The notes under the pieces are model-generated. The model was not told the origin of the DNA, made no database searches, and saw only the letters and a program-made list of their open reading frames with translations. Shown one piece after another: positions 49,105-58,834 of a stretch of 64,000 bases of DNA; within the stretch, counting starts at the first letter, position 1; each line of letters opens with the position of its first letter. Made by a program: the position numbers and the translations under genes. This DNA comes from an uncultured Candidatus Saccharibacteria bacterium (GTDB lineage Bacteria; Patescibacteriota; Minisyncoccia; Phycocordibacterales; DATDWN01): contig CAZKCA010000005.1 in the NCBI GenBank assembly GCA_964551495.1, positions 5,705 through 69,704 on the forward strand, read 5' to 3'.

Positions 49105-49660
49105 AATAGAAAAATCACAGTTTGGAGAGAGAGCGTACGATATATTCTCTCGCCTACTTAGAGAAAACATAATTTTCCTAGACGGACCAATAGATGACCA
49201 TACGGCAAACCTAATTATTGCCCAGATGTTATTTTTGCAATCAGAAGATCCTAAAAAAGATATTTCTTTTTATGTTAATTCTCCAGGAGGATCTGTCTCT
49301 GCTGGACTAGCTATAGTAGATACAATGAATCATATAAAAAATGATGTTTCTACAGTCTGTGTTGGAATAGCTGCTTCTATGGGAGCTGTTATACTTTCTG
49401 CCGGAACAAAAGGAAAAAGATTTGCTCTACCAAATGCAGAAGTTATGATACACCAGCCACTTTTAAGAGGACTTGAAGGTCAGGCTTCTGATATAGAAAT
49501 TTCGGCTAAAAATATAGTAAGAACAAGAGAAAACTTATACAAAATACTTTCAAAAAATACAGGTCAAACTGTTTCTAAAATAGAAAAAGATGCGGATAGA
49601 GACTTCTTTATGTCAGCAGAAGAAGCTAAAAAATACGGAATTATAGACAAAGTACTTTAG
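49088..49660 (+). CDS. clpP: ATP-dependent Clp protease proteolytic subunit
   Basis: 190 aa with conserved Ser/His/Asp regions (GAASMGA, MIHQP). Confidence 0.9.
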   Translation: MLIPTVIEKSQFGERAYDIFSRLLRENIIFLDGPIDDHTANLIIAQMLFLQSEDPKKDISFYVNSPGGSVSAGLAIVDTMNHIKNDVSTVCVGIAASMGAVILSAGTKGKRFALPNAEVMIHQPLLRGLEGQASDIEISAKNIVRTRENLYKILSKNTGQTVSKIEKDADRDFFMSAEEAKKYGIIDKVL

Positions 49661-49828
49661 TTGTTATATAGTGTAGCTATTATTGATTTTAATTTTATAA
49701 CTGAAAGTTTTATTACCTGTTATTACCAAACTCTAAAATTCCGATAAACTGTAAATCTTTACCATTCAATTTTGAGAAAAACCATAAAAATTTAGAGAAA
49801 ATCTGAAACGAGCAGTTATTCGAACAAC

Positions 49829-51358
49829 ATGTCATTAAATATAGTAATGCTCTTTGTGGGCATTGCGATAACAGCTGGTATTATACTGGGTTACTACCTA
49901 CGTATTTTGATATCTCTGTCTCGCAAAGGCTCAATGGAGCTTAGGATAAAACAGATGGAGCTCCTTGCTAAAGACAAGGAACAGGCCATCATAGATGAAG
50001 CAGAAAAAAAAGCTGAGGAAATACTGAAAGAAGCCAGAGGAGAGATAAAAGAAAAGGAAGAAAAAAATAAGAAAACAGAAGAAAGGCTCATAAAAAAAGA
50101 AGAGCTTTTGGATAAAAGACAAACAGATATAGACAAAGAAGTTGAGGAAATAAAGAAAAGAATAGAAGAAATAAAAACAATAAGAGAACACACAGAAAGG
50201 CTGGAGAAACAAAAACAAGAAGAATTATACAAAATAAGTAGACTAACTGAAGAAGAGGCTAAATCTGAAATATTTTCTATTATAGAAAAAGAAAATGAAG
50301 AAAATATTTTGGCTAGAATGAAAAAACTAGAACTTCTAGGAGAAGAGACCTTGGAACAAAAAGCTAAGTCCATTTTAGCAACTTCTATACAAAGACTGGC
50401 TAGCTCTGTTTCTTCAGATATGATGACTTCTCATGTCACAATTCCAAATGACGAAATAAAAGGTAAAGTTATTGGAAAAGAAGGTAGAAACATAAAAACC
50501 TTTGAAAGAGCTACTGGAGTAGAAGTTATTGTAGATGATACGCCTGGATCTATCACCATTTCTTCTTTTGATCCAATACGAAGACAGATTGCCAAAGTGG
50601 CCCTAGAAAGACTAATAGCTGATGGTAGAATTCAGCCGGCTAAAATAGAGGAATTTGTCCAAAAAGCCGAAGAAGACACAAATAAAATAATAAAAGAAAA
50701 AGGAGAACAAGCAGTATATGAAACCGGCGTCTTGGGTCTTGATCCTAAAATAATATCTATACTCGGCAGATTACACTTTAGAACTAGTTATGGACAGAAC
50801 GTATTGCAACATTCTATAGAAATGACTCATATTGCAGGGATGATAGCAGAAGAAATCGGAGCAAATGTTATGATTGCTAAGGCTGGAGCCCTAGTACATG
50901 ACATAGGAAAAGCTCTAGATCATGAAGTAGCAGGAACACATGTTGAAATAGGTAGGAGAATATTGCAAAAATTTGGAGCAGATGAAGCTATTGTCAAAGC
51001 GATGCAGTCACACCATGATGAATATCCATATGAAACAATAGAATCTATTATAGTTCAAACTGCTGATGCTATATCAGGTGGTCGCCCGGGTGCAAGAAGA
51101 GATAGCATTGAAAATTATTTGAAGAGACTGTCCGACCTAGAAGCAGTAGCAAACTCATTCCCTGGTGTAGAAAAATCTTATGCACTTCAAGCTGGTAGAG
51201 AAATAAGAATTTTTGTAAACCCTGGAGAAGTTTCTGACCTTGAAGCCAAAAAAATTGCTAGAGATATTGCTATAAGAATAGAAAAAGAACTAAAATATCC
51301 AGGTGAAATAAAAGTTACCCTAATAAGAGAATCTAGAATCATAGAATTTGCACGATAA
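49829..51358 (+). CDS. rny: Ribonuclease Y
   Basis: N-terminal TM helix, coiled coil, KH domain (GKEGRNIKTFE) and HD domain (HDIGK...HH). Confidence 0.85.
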   Translation: MSLNIVMLFVGIAITAGIILGYYLRILISLSRKGSMELRIKQMELLAKDKEQAIIDEAEKKAEEILKEARGEIKEKEEKNKKTEERLIKKEELLDKRQTDIDKEVEEIKKRIEEIKTIREHTERLEKQKQEELYKISRLTEEEAKSEIFSIIEKENEENILARMKKLELLGEETLEQKAKSILATSIQRLASSVSSDMMTSHVTIPNDEIKGKVIGKEGRNIKTFERATGVEVIVDDTPGSITISSFDPIRRQIAKVALERLIADGRIQPAKIEEFVQKAEEDTNKIIKEKGEQAVYETGVLGLDPKIISILGRLHFRTSYGQNVLQHSIEMTHIAGMIAEEIGANVMIAKAGALVHDIGKALDHEVAGTHVEIGRRILQKFGADEAIVKAMQSHHDEYPYETIESIIVQTADAISGGRPGARRDSIENYLKRLSDLEAVANSFPGVEKSYALQAGREIRIFVNPGEVSDLEAKKIARDIAIRIEKELKYPGEIKVTLIRESRIIEFAR

Positions 51359-51468
51359 AAAATTAAGTTAGTCAATATTTTGTTTTAAAAAAGCCTTGTT
51401 ATATAATACTTTCATAGAAGTGAGTGATAGTCGAGAGATTATTAGAAAGTTTTAAAACAATTTTTACT

Positions 51469-51741
51469 ATGAATAAAGCATCAATCGTAGAAGCAATTCA
51501 CGCAAAACTAGGTGGAACAAAAGTTCAAGCCGAAGAAGTTGTGGACATAATGATAGATTCTATTGTTTCTACACTTAAAAAAGGAGGTGAAGTTTCAATC
51601 GCAGGACTTGGTATTTTCTCAACAAAAACAAGAGCTGCAAGACAAGCTAGAAACCCAAGAACAGGTGAAACTATTTCAGTTCCATCTATGAAGGTTCCAA
51701 AATTTAGAGCAGCAAAAGCTTTGAAGGACGCTGTAAAATAA
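51469..51741 (+). CDS. hup: DNA-binding protein HU
   Basis: MNKASIVEAI...GLGIFSTKTRAARQARNPRTGE; terminator hairpin at 51764..51792. Confidence 0.85.
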   Translation: MNKASIVEAIHAKLGGTKVQAEEVVDIMIDSIVSTLKKGGEVSIAGLGIFSTKTRAARQARNPRTGETISVPSMKVPKFRAAKALKDAVK

Positions 51742-51798
51742 GATTTTGTTTTAGACGGTTTACTAAAAACTCCCTTTCGGGAGTTTTTAGTTTGATGT

Positions 51799-51915
51799 GG
51801 TTAGGGAGAATCGGTCAGGAATAATTTTGATTCCGTCGAATCAAAATTTTCCCTACCCGGACTCACGACCCATCGTGCTCGATGGGTGCCCGTTCCGTCT
51901 TTCGATTCTCCACGC
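51799..51915. repeat. tRNA-Gly 3'-end-derived inverted-repeat mini-element
   Basis: Left arm tagggagaatcgg is a direct copy of the tRNA T-arm/acceptor 3' strand. Right arm ttcgattctcca is its inverted copy. Lies 66 bp from tRNA-Gly(UCC). Confidence 0.5.
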
Positions 51916-51980
51916 AAAGCCATAATATGGCTTTGCTCTACCTGCACAAGCAAAAAGAGCCTTATGGCTCTTTTTGTCTG

Positions 51981-52051
51981 TGCGGGTAGGGAGAATCGAA
52001 CTCCCGTATACTGCTTGGAAGGCAGTCATTCTACCACTAAACTATACCCGC
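51981..52051 (-). tRNA. tRNA-Gly (anticodon UCC)
   Basis: Manually folded: GCGGGTA acceptor, anticodon arm ACTGC-CTTCCAA-GCAGT, T-arm GGGAG-TTCGATT-CTCCC. CCA not encoded. Confidence 0.8.
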
Positions 52052-52116
52052 ATTTAACACTAGCTAATATATCAAAAAAAACTTTCTATCGCAATGAAAA
52101 TTGGTATAATACCAAA

Positions 52117-53253
52117 ATGTCAGGAAGTCTATTAAAAATATTTCTAATTCCCCTATTTATTACATTTATTTACTTCTCTTACAAAAGCGAAGTAAAATCC
52201 CCTGTCTTAGAAATAGAAGAAGAAACAAGAGAAGAAACCACCATAGAACAAATAGAAATGACTATCGAAACAGAAGATAGTCAGGTTGAACAAAAACCTG
52301 AAGAATCTATTCAAAAACAAGAAACCCAAAAAGATTTAGTCCAAACAAATCAAACAGAAACTACCCCTCAAACACAAGTTGTTATTCAAAATACGCCAAA
52401 TACACAAGGTGGTAAAGATTTTGTCATACTAAATGAAGAATCTAGAAAATCTATTGTAAATATTTTATGTCAAATAAATGGAGATAATCTTTCAACTATT
52501 ACTGGTTCTGGAGTTATTATTGATCCTAGAGGGATAATACTTACAAATGCTCATATAGCTCAATATATGCTTTTACAAAATTACAAATTTAAAAATTTTG
52601 TAGATTGTACAATAAGAACTGGTGAGCCTGCCTACCCTAGATACAAAGCCGAACTTATTTATATTTCTCCAGATTGGGTTAAAGAAAACAAATCAATACT
52701 TACAGAAGAAAATCCTAAAGGTACTGGAGAAAATGACTTTGCTTTTCTTAGAATAACAGAATCAATTGATAAAACTCCCCTACCAGCCTTTAATTTCATA
52801 CGACCAGACGTCAGAGAAGAGATAGAGATCGGAGAGCCTGTTTTATTAGCGTCTTACCCTGCAGGATTTTTAGGAAGTATCTCTGTCTTACAAGGTCTAT
52901 ACATAAACAGTGCTATCACAACAGTACAGAAAGTTTTTACATTTACAGATACAACTTTGGATCTAATTTCCGTTGGAGGAACAGTATTGTCACAAAAAGG
53001 GTCTTCAGGTGGAGCTGTAGTAGACAGATACGGAAGAATTATTGGGCTTATATCAACAAGCTCTGAAGCGGACACAACTAGCGAAAGAGATTTGCGAGCC
53101 ATAACAATGGCTCATATAAACAGAAGAATGATAGATCCTTTTGGAGGGTTAAACTCTTTTCTAAGTTTAAATATGGAAAATACAGCAGACATATTCCAAA
53201 GTACACTTCTACCTTCCCTGTCTGAGCTAATAATAACTGAGTTAGAAAAATAG
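52117..53253 (+). CDS. Membrane-anchored trypsin-like serine protease
   Basis: N-terminal TM helix; GIILTNAHIA (His), DFAFLRI (Asp) and KGSSGGAVV (Ser) triad-like motifs. The ORF-track start at 51886 would overlap the tRNA. Confidence 0.6.
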   Translation: MSGSLLKIFLIPLFITFIYFSYKSEVKSPVLEIEEETREETTIEQIEMTIETEDSQVEQKPEESIQKQETQKDLVQTNQTETTPQTQVVIQNTPNTQGGKDFVILNEESRKSIVNILCQINGDNLSTITGSGVIIDPRGIILTNAHIAQYMLLQNYKFKNFVDCTIRTGEPAYPRYKAELIYISPDWVKENKSILTEENPKGTGENDFAFLRITESIDKTPLPAFNFIRPDVREEIEIGEPVLLASYPAGFLGSISVLQGLYINSAITTVQKVFTFTDTTLDLISVGGTVLSQKGSSGGAVVDRYGRIIGLISTSSEADTTSERDLRAITMAHINRRMIDPFGGLNSFLSLNMENTADIFQSTLLPSLSELIITELEK

Positions 53254-53490
53254 TTTAATATGATTTAAAAACAAAACCCTTGTCTCGGTATATGTTTTCT
53301 GAAAACGGATAAATTTTTGCTAAAACTCTCCTTACAGGAGCAGTACACTCTTCGCATTGGATTACCAACGCTCAGAGTCTTGCGAAGCAATAACATTACT
53401 TCTCACCTCGTGTTCGCGCCGTCGCGCTCGCAATGTTTCAGAAAACATACACCCTCGACATGATTTTGTTTAAAATTTTTGAAAATCTGA

Positions 53491-53802
53491 TTAAACAGAA
53501 AAATTTTTACCATTCTCAGAACTGATTTGCAGAAGCATATCAAAATTATCTTCTTTGACAGCTTTATTTGGCTTCTCTAGTCCACAAACAGTACATTTAT
53601 GGATTATTGTGTACTCCTTACCTTTCTTCTCAACCCTTATGGGCTCCATCATTCCAAAACAAACAGACTGTCTATCCCCTGGATCAATATCAACATGTTT
53701 GGACCAAAGACAATTTGGACAATGGTTGGTATAACCAGACCCCAAAACTTCAGTGCCACATTTCTGACAAACAAAATCTTCTTTTGTGCGAGTAAATGTC
53801 AT
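53491..53802 (-). CDS. RNHCP-domain zinc-ribbon protein
   Basis: Contains YTNHCPNCLW and a second CxxC pair. Confidence 0.55.
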   Translation of the reverse strand: MTFTRTKEDFVCQKCGTEVLGSGYTNHCPNCLWSKHVDIDPGDRQSVCFGMMEPIRVEKKGKEYTIIHKCTVCGLEKPNKAVKEDNFDMLLQISSENGKNFSV

Positions 53803-53804
53803 AT

Positions 53805-54446
53805 TTAAAATATTTTTTCTTCACCTGCCTTTATTGAAATAAACTCAATGCCATTTTCAGATAAAACTTTCTCTGGTATTTTATGTGAACCACCAATTCT
53901 ATCCTCTAATAATTGACCATCATGAACAGGAAATACTTTCTTTGGTTTTAAAGATAGCGCATATCTTATGGAATCAGATATTTTGCACCAAGGGCCAGCA
54001 ACAGGTAATGCTAAGACATCAACTTCTTTTCCTGGATTAGAATAAGAATCCCCGGGATAAAAAAGTTTTTTATCTATAAAATATCCTGTATTTTGAACCT
54101 GCCCAATTTCTTCAAAAATTTCTTCATGTTTTGAATCAAAAGCCTCTAGTAAAACATTTTTTATCTCAATAATATTTCTTCCTTCTAAAATCTGAAAACC
54201 TATCCCCTCTTCTTCTAGAATTTTGCCCACACCTGAGTTTGTTAAAACTAAAACATTTGGGTTATTTTCTAAAACCTTCTTAAGAGACTCTACATGTAGA
54301 TGATCTGCGTGTTCATGAGTAATCAAAACTACGTCAATTTTTTTTATGTCATTTTGACCCTCAGAAAAACTGCCTGGATCAGTCAATATATTTATATTTT
54401 CTGTTTGTATAAAAAGACAACAATGACCTATTTTTTTAATTTTCAT
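53805..54446 (-). CDS. MBL-fold metallo-hydrolase
   Basis: VLITHEHADH motif; starts at an internal Met (MKIKKIG). Confidence 0.7.
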   Translation of the reverse strand: MKIKKIGHCCLFIQTENINILTDPGSFSEGQNDIKKIDVVLITHEHADHLHVESLKKVLENNPNVLVLTNSGVGKILEEEGIGFQILEGRNIIEIKNVLLEAFDSKHEEIFEEIGQVQNTGYFIDKKLFYPGDSYSNPGKEVDVLALPVAGPWCKISDSIRYALSLKPKKVFPVHDGQLLEDRIGGSHKIPEKVLSENGIEFISIKAGEEKIF

Positions 54447-54532
54447 TTGTTGGGGTGCCGAGAATCGAACTCGGACCTCATCCATTAGGGTCACAGAAAC
54501 ATAATATGTTTCTGGAATTATTTGAAACTAGG

Positions 54533-54603
54533 TCGGGGTGCCGAGAATCGAACTCGGGCCGCATGTTCCCAAAACATGAATACTACCTCTATACTACACC
54601 CCG
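54533..54603 (-). tRNA. tRNA-Pro (anticodon UGG)
   Basis: Acceptor CGGGGTG/CACCCCG, anticodon arm CATGT-TTTGGGA-ACATG, T-arm CCGAG-TTCGATT-CTCGG. Confidence 0.75.
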
Positions 54604-54701
54604 ACGCAATTTCAAATAATTCCCCAAAAATGCATACTACCTCTATACTACACCCCGAAATATAACATTTAGAAGTTTACCACAAATAATATAAATAACA
54701 A

Positions 54702-55106
54702 TTACAACACAATATCCTCAAGGAAATCTGTTTTTAGCAATTCTCTATTTTTGTCTAAATAAACAGTAATAACATCAAATTGCCAATCATTTTCTATATC
54801 TTTTTCCAATAAATAAGTTTCTATTATCCTGCCTAGTCTTTTTAGCTTCCAAGGATGCATATTGTCTTCTGGTCTATATTTATCAATCTTATCTAAAATA
54901 TCTTTTTCTGTAGAAACAGTTTTTACTTCTACAAAATGAATTTGATCTTTTTTCTTGACAACAATATCTATCTCTCCCCATTTTCTAAAATAGTTTCTTT
55001 CTACAACCTTAAAACCCATGTCCTTTAGAAAATTACAAGCAAAATCTTCCCCTATCTCACCTAAAATCTGTCTTTCAGTTGGATTTTTTATATTTTTGTT
55101 ATACAT
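54702..55106 (-). CDS. yraN: YraN/UPF0102 family endonuclease
   Basis: GEIGEDFACNFL...RNYF..GEIDIV...FVEVK motifs. Confidence 0.7.
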   Translation of the reverse strand: MYNKNIKNPTERQILGEIGEDFACNFLKDMGFKVVERNYFRKWGEIDIVVKKKDQIHFVEVKTVSTEKDILDKIDKYRPEDNMHPWKLKRLGRIIETYLLEKDIENDWQFDVITVYLDKNRELLKTDFLEDIVL

Positions 55107-55498
55107 GTAACAACCTAATTATATCAAAATATAGCCTAAAATAGCCAAAACTCGTTTCAGGTGTAACAAATTTTGTTTTCACGTGAAACATATACAAAAA
55201 GACCTTAAAACAGACAATAAAAAGACTGTCTGTTTTTAATAAAACCTTATTTTAAGCCATATAATCTATATTTGACATTATAAATTACTAATTTTTATAA
55301 GACTTTATTCAGTGTCTTTTATACACATCTCCACAGACTTATCCACAGTTTTGAACATTTTGTCCTATAAGTTACATGTGTAACAACCCCCTCGAAGAAA
55401 CGAGATTTGGCTAAAAATAAAGGGTTTATTGAAAAATACTAGTATTTATTAGAAAAAGACACTTATTTGATACATTCTTTGTATTTATTGCTAAAGTT

Positions 55499-55634
55499 GC
55501 GGGTAGGGAGATCGGTCACAACTCTTCTGCTTCGCTAAAGCTACGCAACTAAGGTTGCGACCCCGCCTCGGCGACAAGCACAAGCAAAGCTTGTCTTGTA
55601 TACCGCCTCCGGCTTTCGATTCTCCCTACCTCGT
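55499..55634. repeat. tRNA-Gly 3'-end-derived inverted-repeat mini-element
   Basis: gcgggtagggagatcggtcac ... ggctttcgattctccctacctcg: terminal inverted repeats mimicking the tRNA-Gly 3' end. Lies 48 bp from tRNA-Gly(GCC). Confidence 0.5.
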
Positions 55635-55681
55635 CACAAAAGTATAGTCTTAAAACGCTTCGCATTTTAATCCTTATTTTG

Positions 55682-55752
55682 TGCGGGTAGGGAGAATCGA
55701 ACTCCCGTCTCATCCTTGGCAAGGATGTGTTCTACCACTAAACCATACCCGC
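55682..55752 (-). tRNA. tRNA-Gly (anticodon GCC)
   Basis: Same acceptor and T-arm as the UCC isoacceptor; anticodon arm CATCC-TTGCCAA-GGATG. Confidence 0.8.
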
Positions 55753-55922
55753 GAACTTGATTATTATACACAACGATAAAATAAACTCAAAATCCTGTTA
55801 TATGTGGAATATTTTGGTGCCCCCGCCAGGAAAGTCGACCCTTACAGGGTCAGTACCCCAATTGGATATTTTTGTTCGTAAACTCCTAAAATATCACAAT
55901 CGGGCTTCGACTCCTGGACCTA

Positions 55923-55955
55923 AAACAGACTAAATCCAAGATTTAGTCTGTTTTT
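55923..55955. terminator. Bidirectional terminator hairpin between tRNA-Arg and the partial tRNA-Arg 3' copy
   Basis: aaaacagactaaatc-caag-atttagtctgttttt. Confidence 0.55.
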
Positions 55956-56029
55956 GGTGCCCCCGCCAGGAATCGAACCTAGATCAACGATTCCGAAGAT
56001 CGCTACTTTATCCATTAAGCTACGGAGGC
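55955..56029 (-). tRNA. tRNA-Arg (anticodon UCG), CCA encoded
   Basis: GCCTCCG acceptor, anticodon arm GCGAT-CTTCGGA-ATCGT, T-arm CCTGG... then CACCA. Confidence 0.75.
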
Positions 56030-56093
56030 AATAAACCAATTCTATATTTTTTTACTATTTTTTACTAGTAAAGCTTTATAAAAAAGGGTTTAA

Positions 56094-57584
56094 ATGGTAA
56101 GATTTTATCATATGACTAAAGATTTCCTTATACCAAAAGAGGTTTCATATGTAACAGAAGGGCTAGAAAAGGCTGGTTTTGAGGCTTTTTTGGTAGGTGG
56201 ATGTGTCAGAAACCTTATTTTAGGGGAAAAACCAAAAGATTGGGATGTAACAACAAATGCTAACCCTGAAGAAATACAGTCTTTGTTTACAGACACTTTT
56301 TATGAAAACAAATTTGGCACAGTCGGAGTTGTAAATGAAGAAACAGAAGATAACACCTTAAAGGTGATAGAAGTTACTCCTTACAGAATAGAAACAGGGT
56401 ACTCAGATAAAAGACACCCAGACAGTGTTACTTTTAGCCAAAATATAGAAGAAGATCTTAAAAGAAGAGACTTTACTATAAATGCAATGGCTTATTCTGT
56501 CTCAAATGGAACAGTCATTGACCTTTATAAAGGACAAGAGGATATAAAAGACAAAATAATAAGAACAGTAGGTAATCCAGACGAAAGGTTTAGTGAAGAT
56601 GGTTTAAGAATACTAAGAGCTATCAGATTTATGGCTCAACTTGGTTTTGAAATAGAAAAAGAAACTGAAAAATCTATAGAAAAAAACTCAAATCTTCTAA
56701 AAGACATATCAAAAGAGAGAATAGGAGAAGAGTTTACTAAAATTATAATGTCTGCCAACCCAATGATAGCATTGCTTAAAATAAAGGATTTGGGACTACT
56801 GCCTTACATAATACCAGAATTAGAAGAAACTATTGGTGTAGAGCAAAATAAAGCCCATTCATACGATGTTTGGGAGCACCTACTTAGATCTGTTCAACAC
56901 TCTGCTGATAAAAATTATTCTTTAGAAATAAGATTAGCGGCTTTGTTGCATGATATATCTAAACCACAAAGCAGAAGATGGGGGAGCGAACAAAACCAGT
57001 GGACTTTCTATGGACACGAGGTTGTTGGTTCACGTGTAACAAAAAAAATACTCGAAAGACTAAAATATCCTTCAAAAACAATTGAAAAGGTAGTTAAGTT
57101 AGTTAGATGGCATATGTTTTTCTCTGATACAGAGCAAATAACACTGTCTGCTGTTAGAAGAATGATAAATAATGTTGGTAGAGATAATATATGGGATCTG
57201 ATGGATGTGAGAATTTGTGACAGAATTGGAACAGGAAGACCCAAAGAAGATCCTTATAGACTAAGAAAATACCACTCTATGATAGAAGAGGCCCTGAGAG
57301 ACCCTTTGTCTGTGAGTATGCTTAAAATAGACGGAAATAAGATAATGGAAGTTACACATGTAACACCTGGGCCTAAAATAGGCTACACACTTCATGCTTT
57401 ATTAGAAGAAGTATTAGATGACCCCTCAAAAAATACCGAGGAATACTTAGAAAACAGAGCAAAAGAGCTAATTGTACTAGATGAAATGGAGCTAAAAAAA
57501 CTAGGGGAAGAAGGGAAACAAACAAAAGAAGAGTTGGAAGAGGAAAAAATCAAAGAAATAAGGAAGAAACATTGGGTTAAATAA
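56094..57584 (+). CDS. cca: CCA-adding tRNA nucleotidyltransferase with HD domain
   Basis: GGCVRNLILG nucleotidyltransferase motif, RRDFTINA, and a C-terminal HD region. Confidence 0.8.
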   Translation: MVRFYHMTKDFLIPKEVSYVTEGLEKAGFEAFLVGGCVRNLILGEKPKDWDVTTNANPEEIQSLFTDTFYENKFGTVGVVNEETEDNTLKVIEVTPYRIETGYSDKRHPDSVTFSQNIEEDLKRRDFTINAMAYSVSNGTVIDLYKGQEDIKDKIIRTVGNPDERFSEDGLRILRAIRFMAQLGFEIEKETEKSIEKNSNLLKDISKERIGEEFTKIIMSANPMIALLKIKDLGLLPYIIPELEETIGVEQNKAHSYDVWEHLLRSVQHSADKNYSLEIRLAALLHDISKPQSRRWGSEQNQWTFYGHEVVGSRVTKKILERLKYPSKTIEKVVKLVRWHMFFSDTEQITLSAVRRMINNVGRDNIWDLMDVRICDRIGTGRPKEDPYRLRKYHSMIEEALRDPLSVSMLKIDGNKIMEVTHVTPGPKIGYTLHALLEEVLDDPSKNTEEYLENRAKELIVLDEMELKKLGEEGKQTKEELEEEKIKEIRKKHWVK

Positions 57585-57929
57585 AAAAACCGCTCAACAC
57601 GAGCGAATCTTTTGAAAAATTGCTATGTAGAGACGGTTTGGGGAAAACTTAAAGTATTACCCAGAAAAGGAATTTAGTAACGATACAATATCACTAAATT
57701 TAAAAATATTATTATGATTGGAGATATTTTGATCTTCTTTACAAAATTTCCCCAGGTAACCTTTATAAAACAAGGCTGGCCAAGCCTATAAAAGTGAGTA
57801 GTACACTATGTTTAAAGAACAAATATCATTATGGTCCGGTATTTATCGGACACACTATGACGGGTCTGAAATCATTATAGCAACCATAAAAGTCATGTAA
57901 AGGACAATGTTGTGGATAAGTGTCTTTTT

Positions 57930-57966
57930 AATATAAACTCAAGGACATAATGTCCTTGAGTTTATA
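57930..57966. terminator. Bidirectional terminator after xth / cca region
   Basis: aaactcaaggaca-taa-tgtccttgagttt. Confidence 0.6.
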
Positions 57967-58759
57967 TTTCTATATTTAATTCAATGGGACAATGATCTGA
58001 ACCTAAAAAATTTGAAAGTATTTTTGATTCTTTTAATTTTGATTTTAATTTTTTACTAACAAAAAAATAGTCTATTCTCCAACCAACATTTCTTTCTCTT
58101 GCTTTAGCCCAATGTGTCCACCAAGTATAGTGACCTTTCCCTTGTGTAAAAATTCTAAAAGTATCTACAAAACCAGCATCTATTATTTTTTGGATACCTT
58201 CTCTTTCTTCTTTTGTAAAACCATGTTCTCCTTCATTTTGTTTTGGGTTGGCTAAATCATCCTCTGTATGAGCAACATTTAAATCTCCACAAAAAATTAC
58301 AGGCTTTATCTCTTCTAATCTTTTTATGTATTCCAAAAAAGCAGGATCCCAAGATTTATATCTCAAGTCTAACCTACTTAATTCTCTTTTTGAATTTGGA
58401 GTATAAACATTTACTAAGTAAAACTTTTTATACTCAGCAACCAAAACTCTGCCTTCTGTGTTTGGATTACCAAAACCATCATCTTTTATTTTGTATTTTT
58501 TAACTAAATCATCTGGAAAATTATTTGTAACTGAAATAGGTTTTTCTTTTGTAAAAATAGCTGTACCACTGTAACCAGCTTTTTCGGCTGAATTCCAGTA
58601 TTCTTCATATCCACTTAGATCAACTTCATTTTGATCTTTTTGTGCTTTAGTTTCTTGCAAACAAATTATATCTGGTTTTATTTCATCCAATAGGGGAGTA
58701 AACAATCCTTTATTGTGAACAGCCCGTATTCCATTAACATTCCAGCTTATTATTTTCAT
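57962..58759 (-). CDS. xth: Exodeoxyribonuclease III
   Basis: MKIISWNVNGIRA...LQETK...GDLNVAH...SDHCPI motifs. Confidence 0.85.
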   Translation of the reverse strand: MKIISWNVNGIRAVHNKGLFTPLLDEIKPDIICLQETKAQKDQNEVDLSGYEEYWNSAEKAGYSGTAIFTKEKPISVTNNFPDDLVKKYKIKDDGFGNPNTEGRVLVAEYKKFYLVNVYTPNSKRELSRLDLRYKSWDPAFLEYIKRLEEIKPVIFCGDLNVAHTEDDLANPKQNEGEHGFTKEEREGIQKIIDAGFVDTFRIFTQGKGHYTWWTHWAKARERNVGWRIDYFFVSKKLKSKLKESKILSNFLGSDHCPIELNIEI

Positions 58760-58834
58760 ATGAAACATAATACCAATAATTTGAGCTGTTGACTATACTA
58801 ATTAAAAATGCTTTTATTCTAACGGAGGTCACAG

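Noticed and set aside
49894-50373. 159-aa and 95-aa minus-strand ORFs inside rny
   Set aside because: Antisense to the K/E-rich coiled-coil region of RNase Y; S/F-rich low complexity.
55339-55347. Perfect DnaA-box 9-mers TTATCCACA (also the reverse complement at 57911..57919)
   Set aside because: Only two isolated copies 2.5 kb apart with no dnaA gene or AT-rich DUE cluster nearby. Roughly the number expected by chance in 64 kb, so not called as oriC.
57689-57901. Two mini-ORFs (25 and 30 codons) in the cca-xth spacer
   Set aside because: No convincing RBS or conservation evidence; left unannotated.
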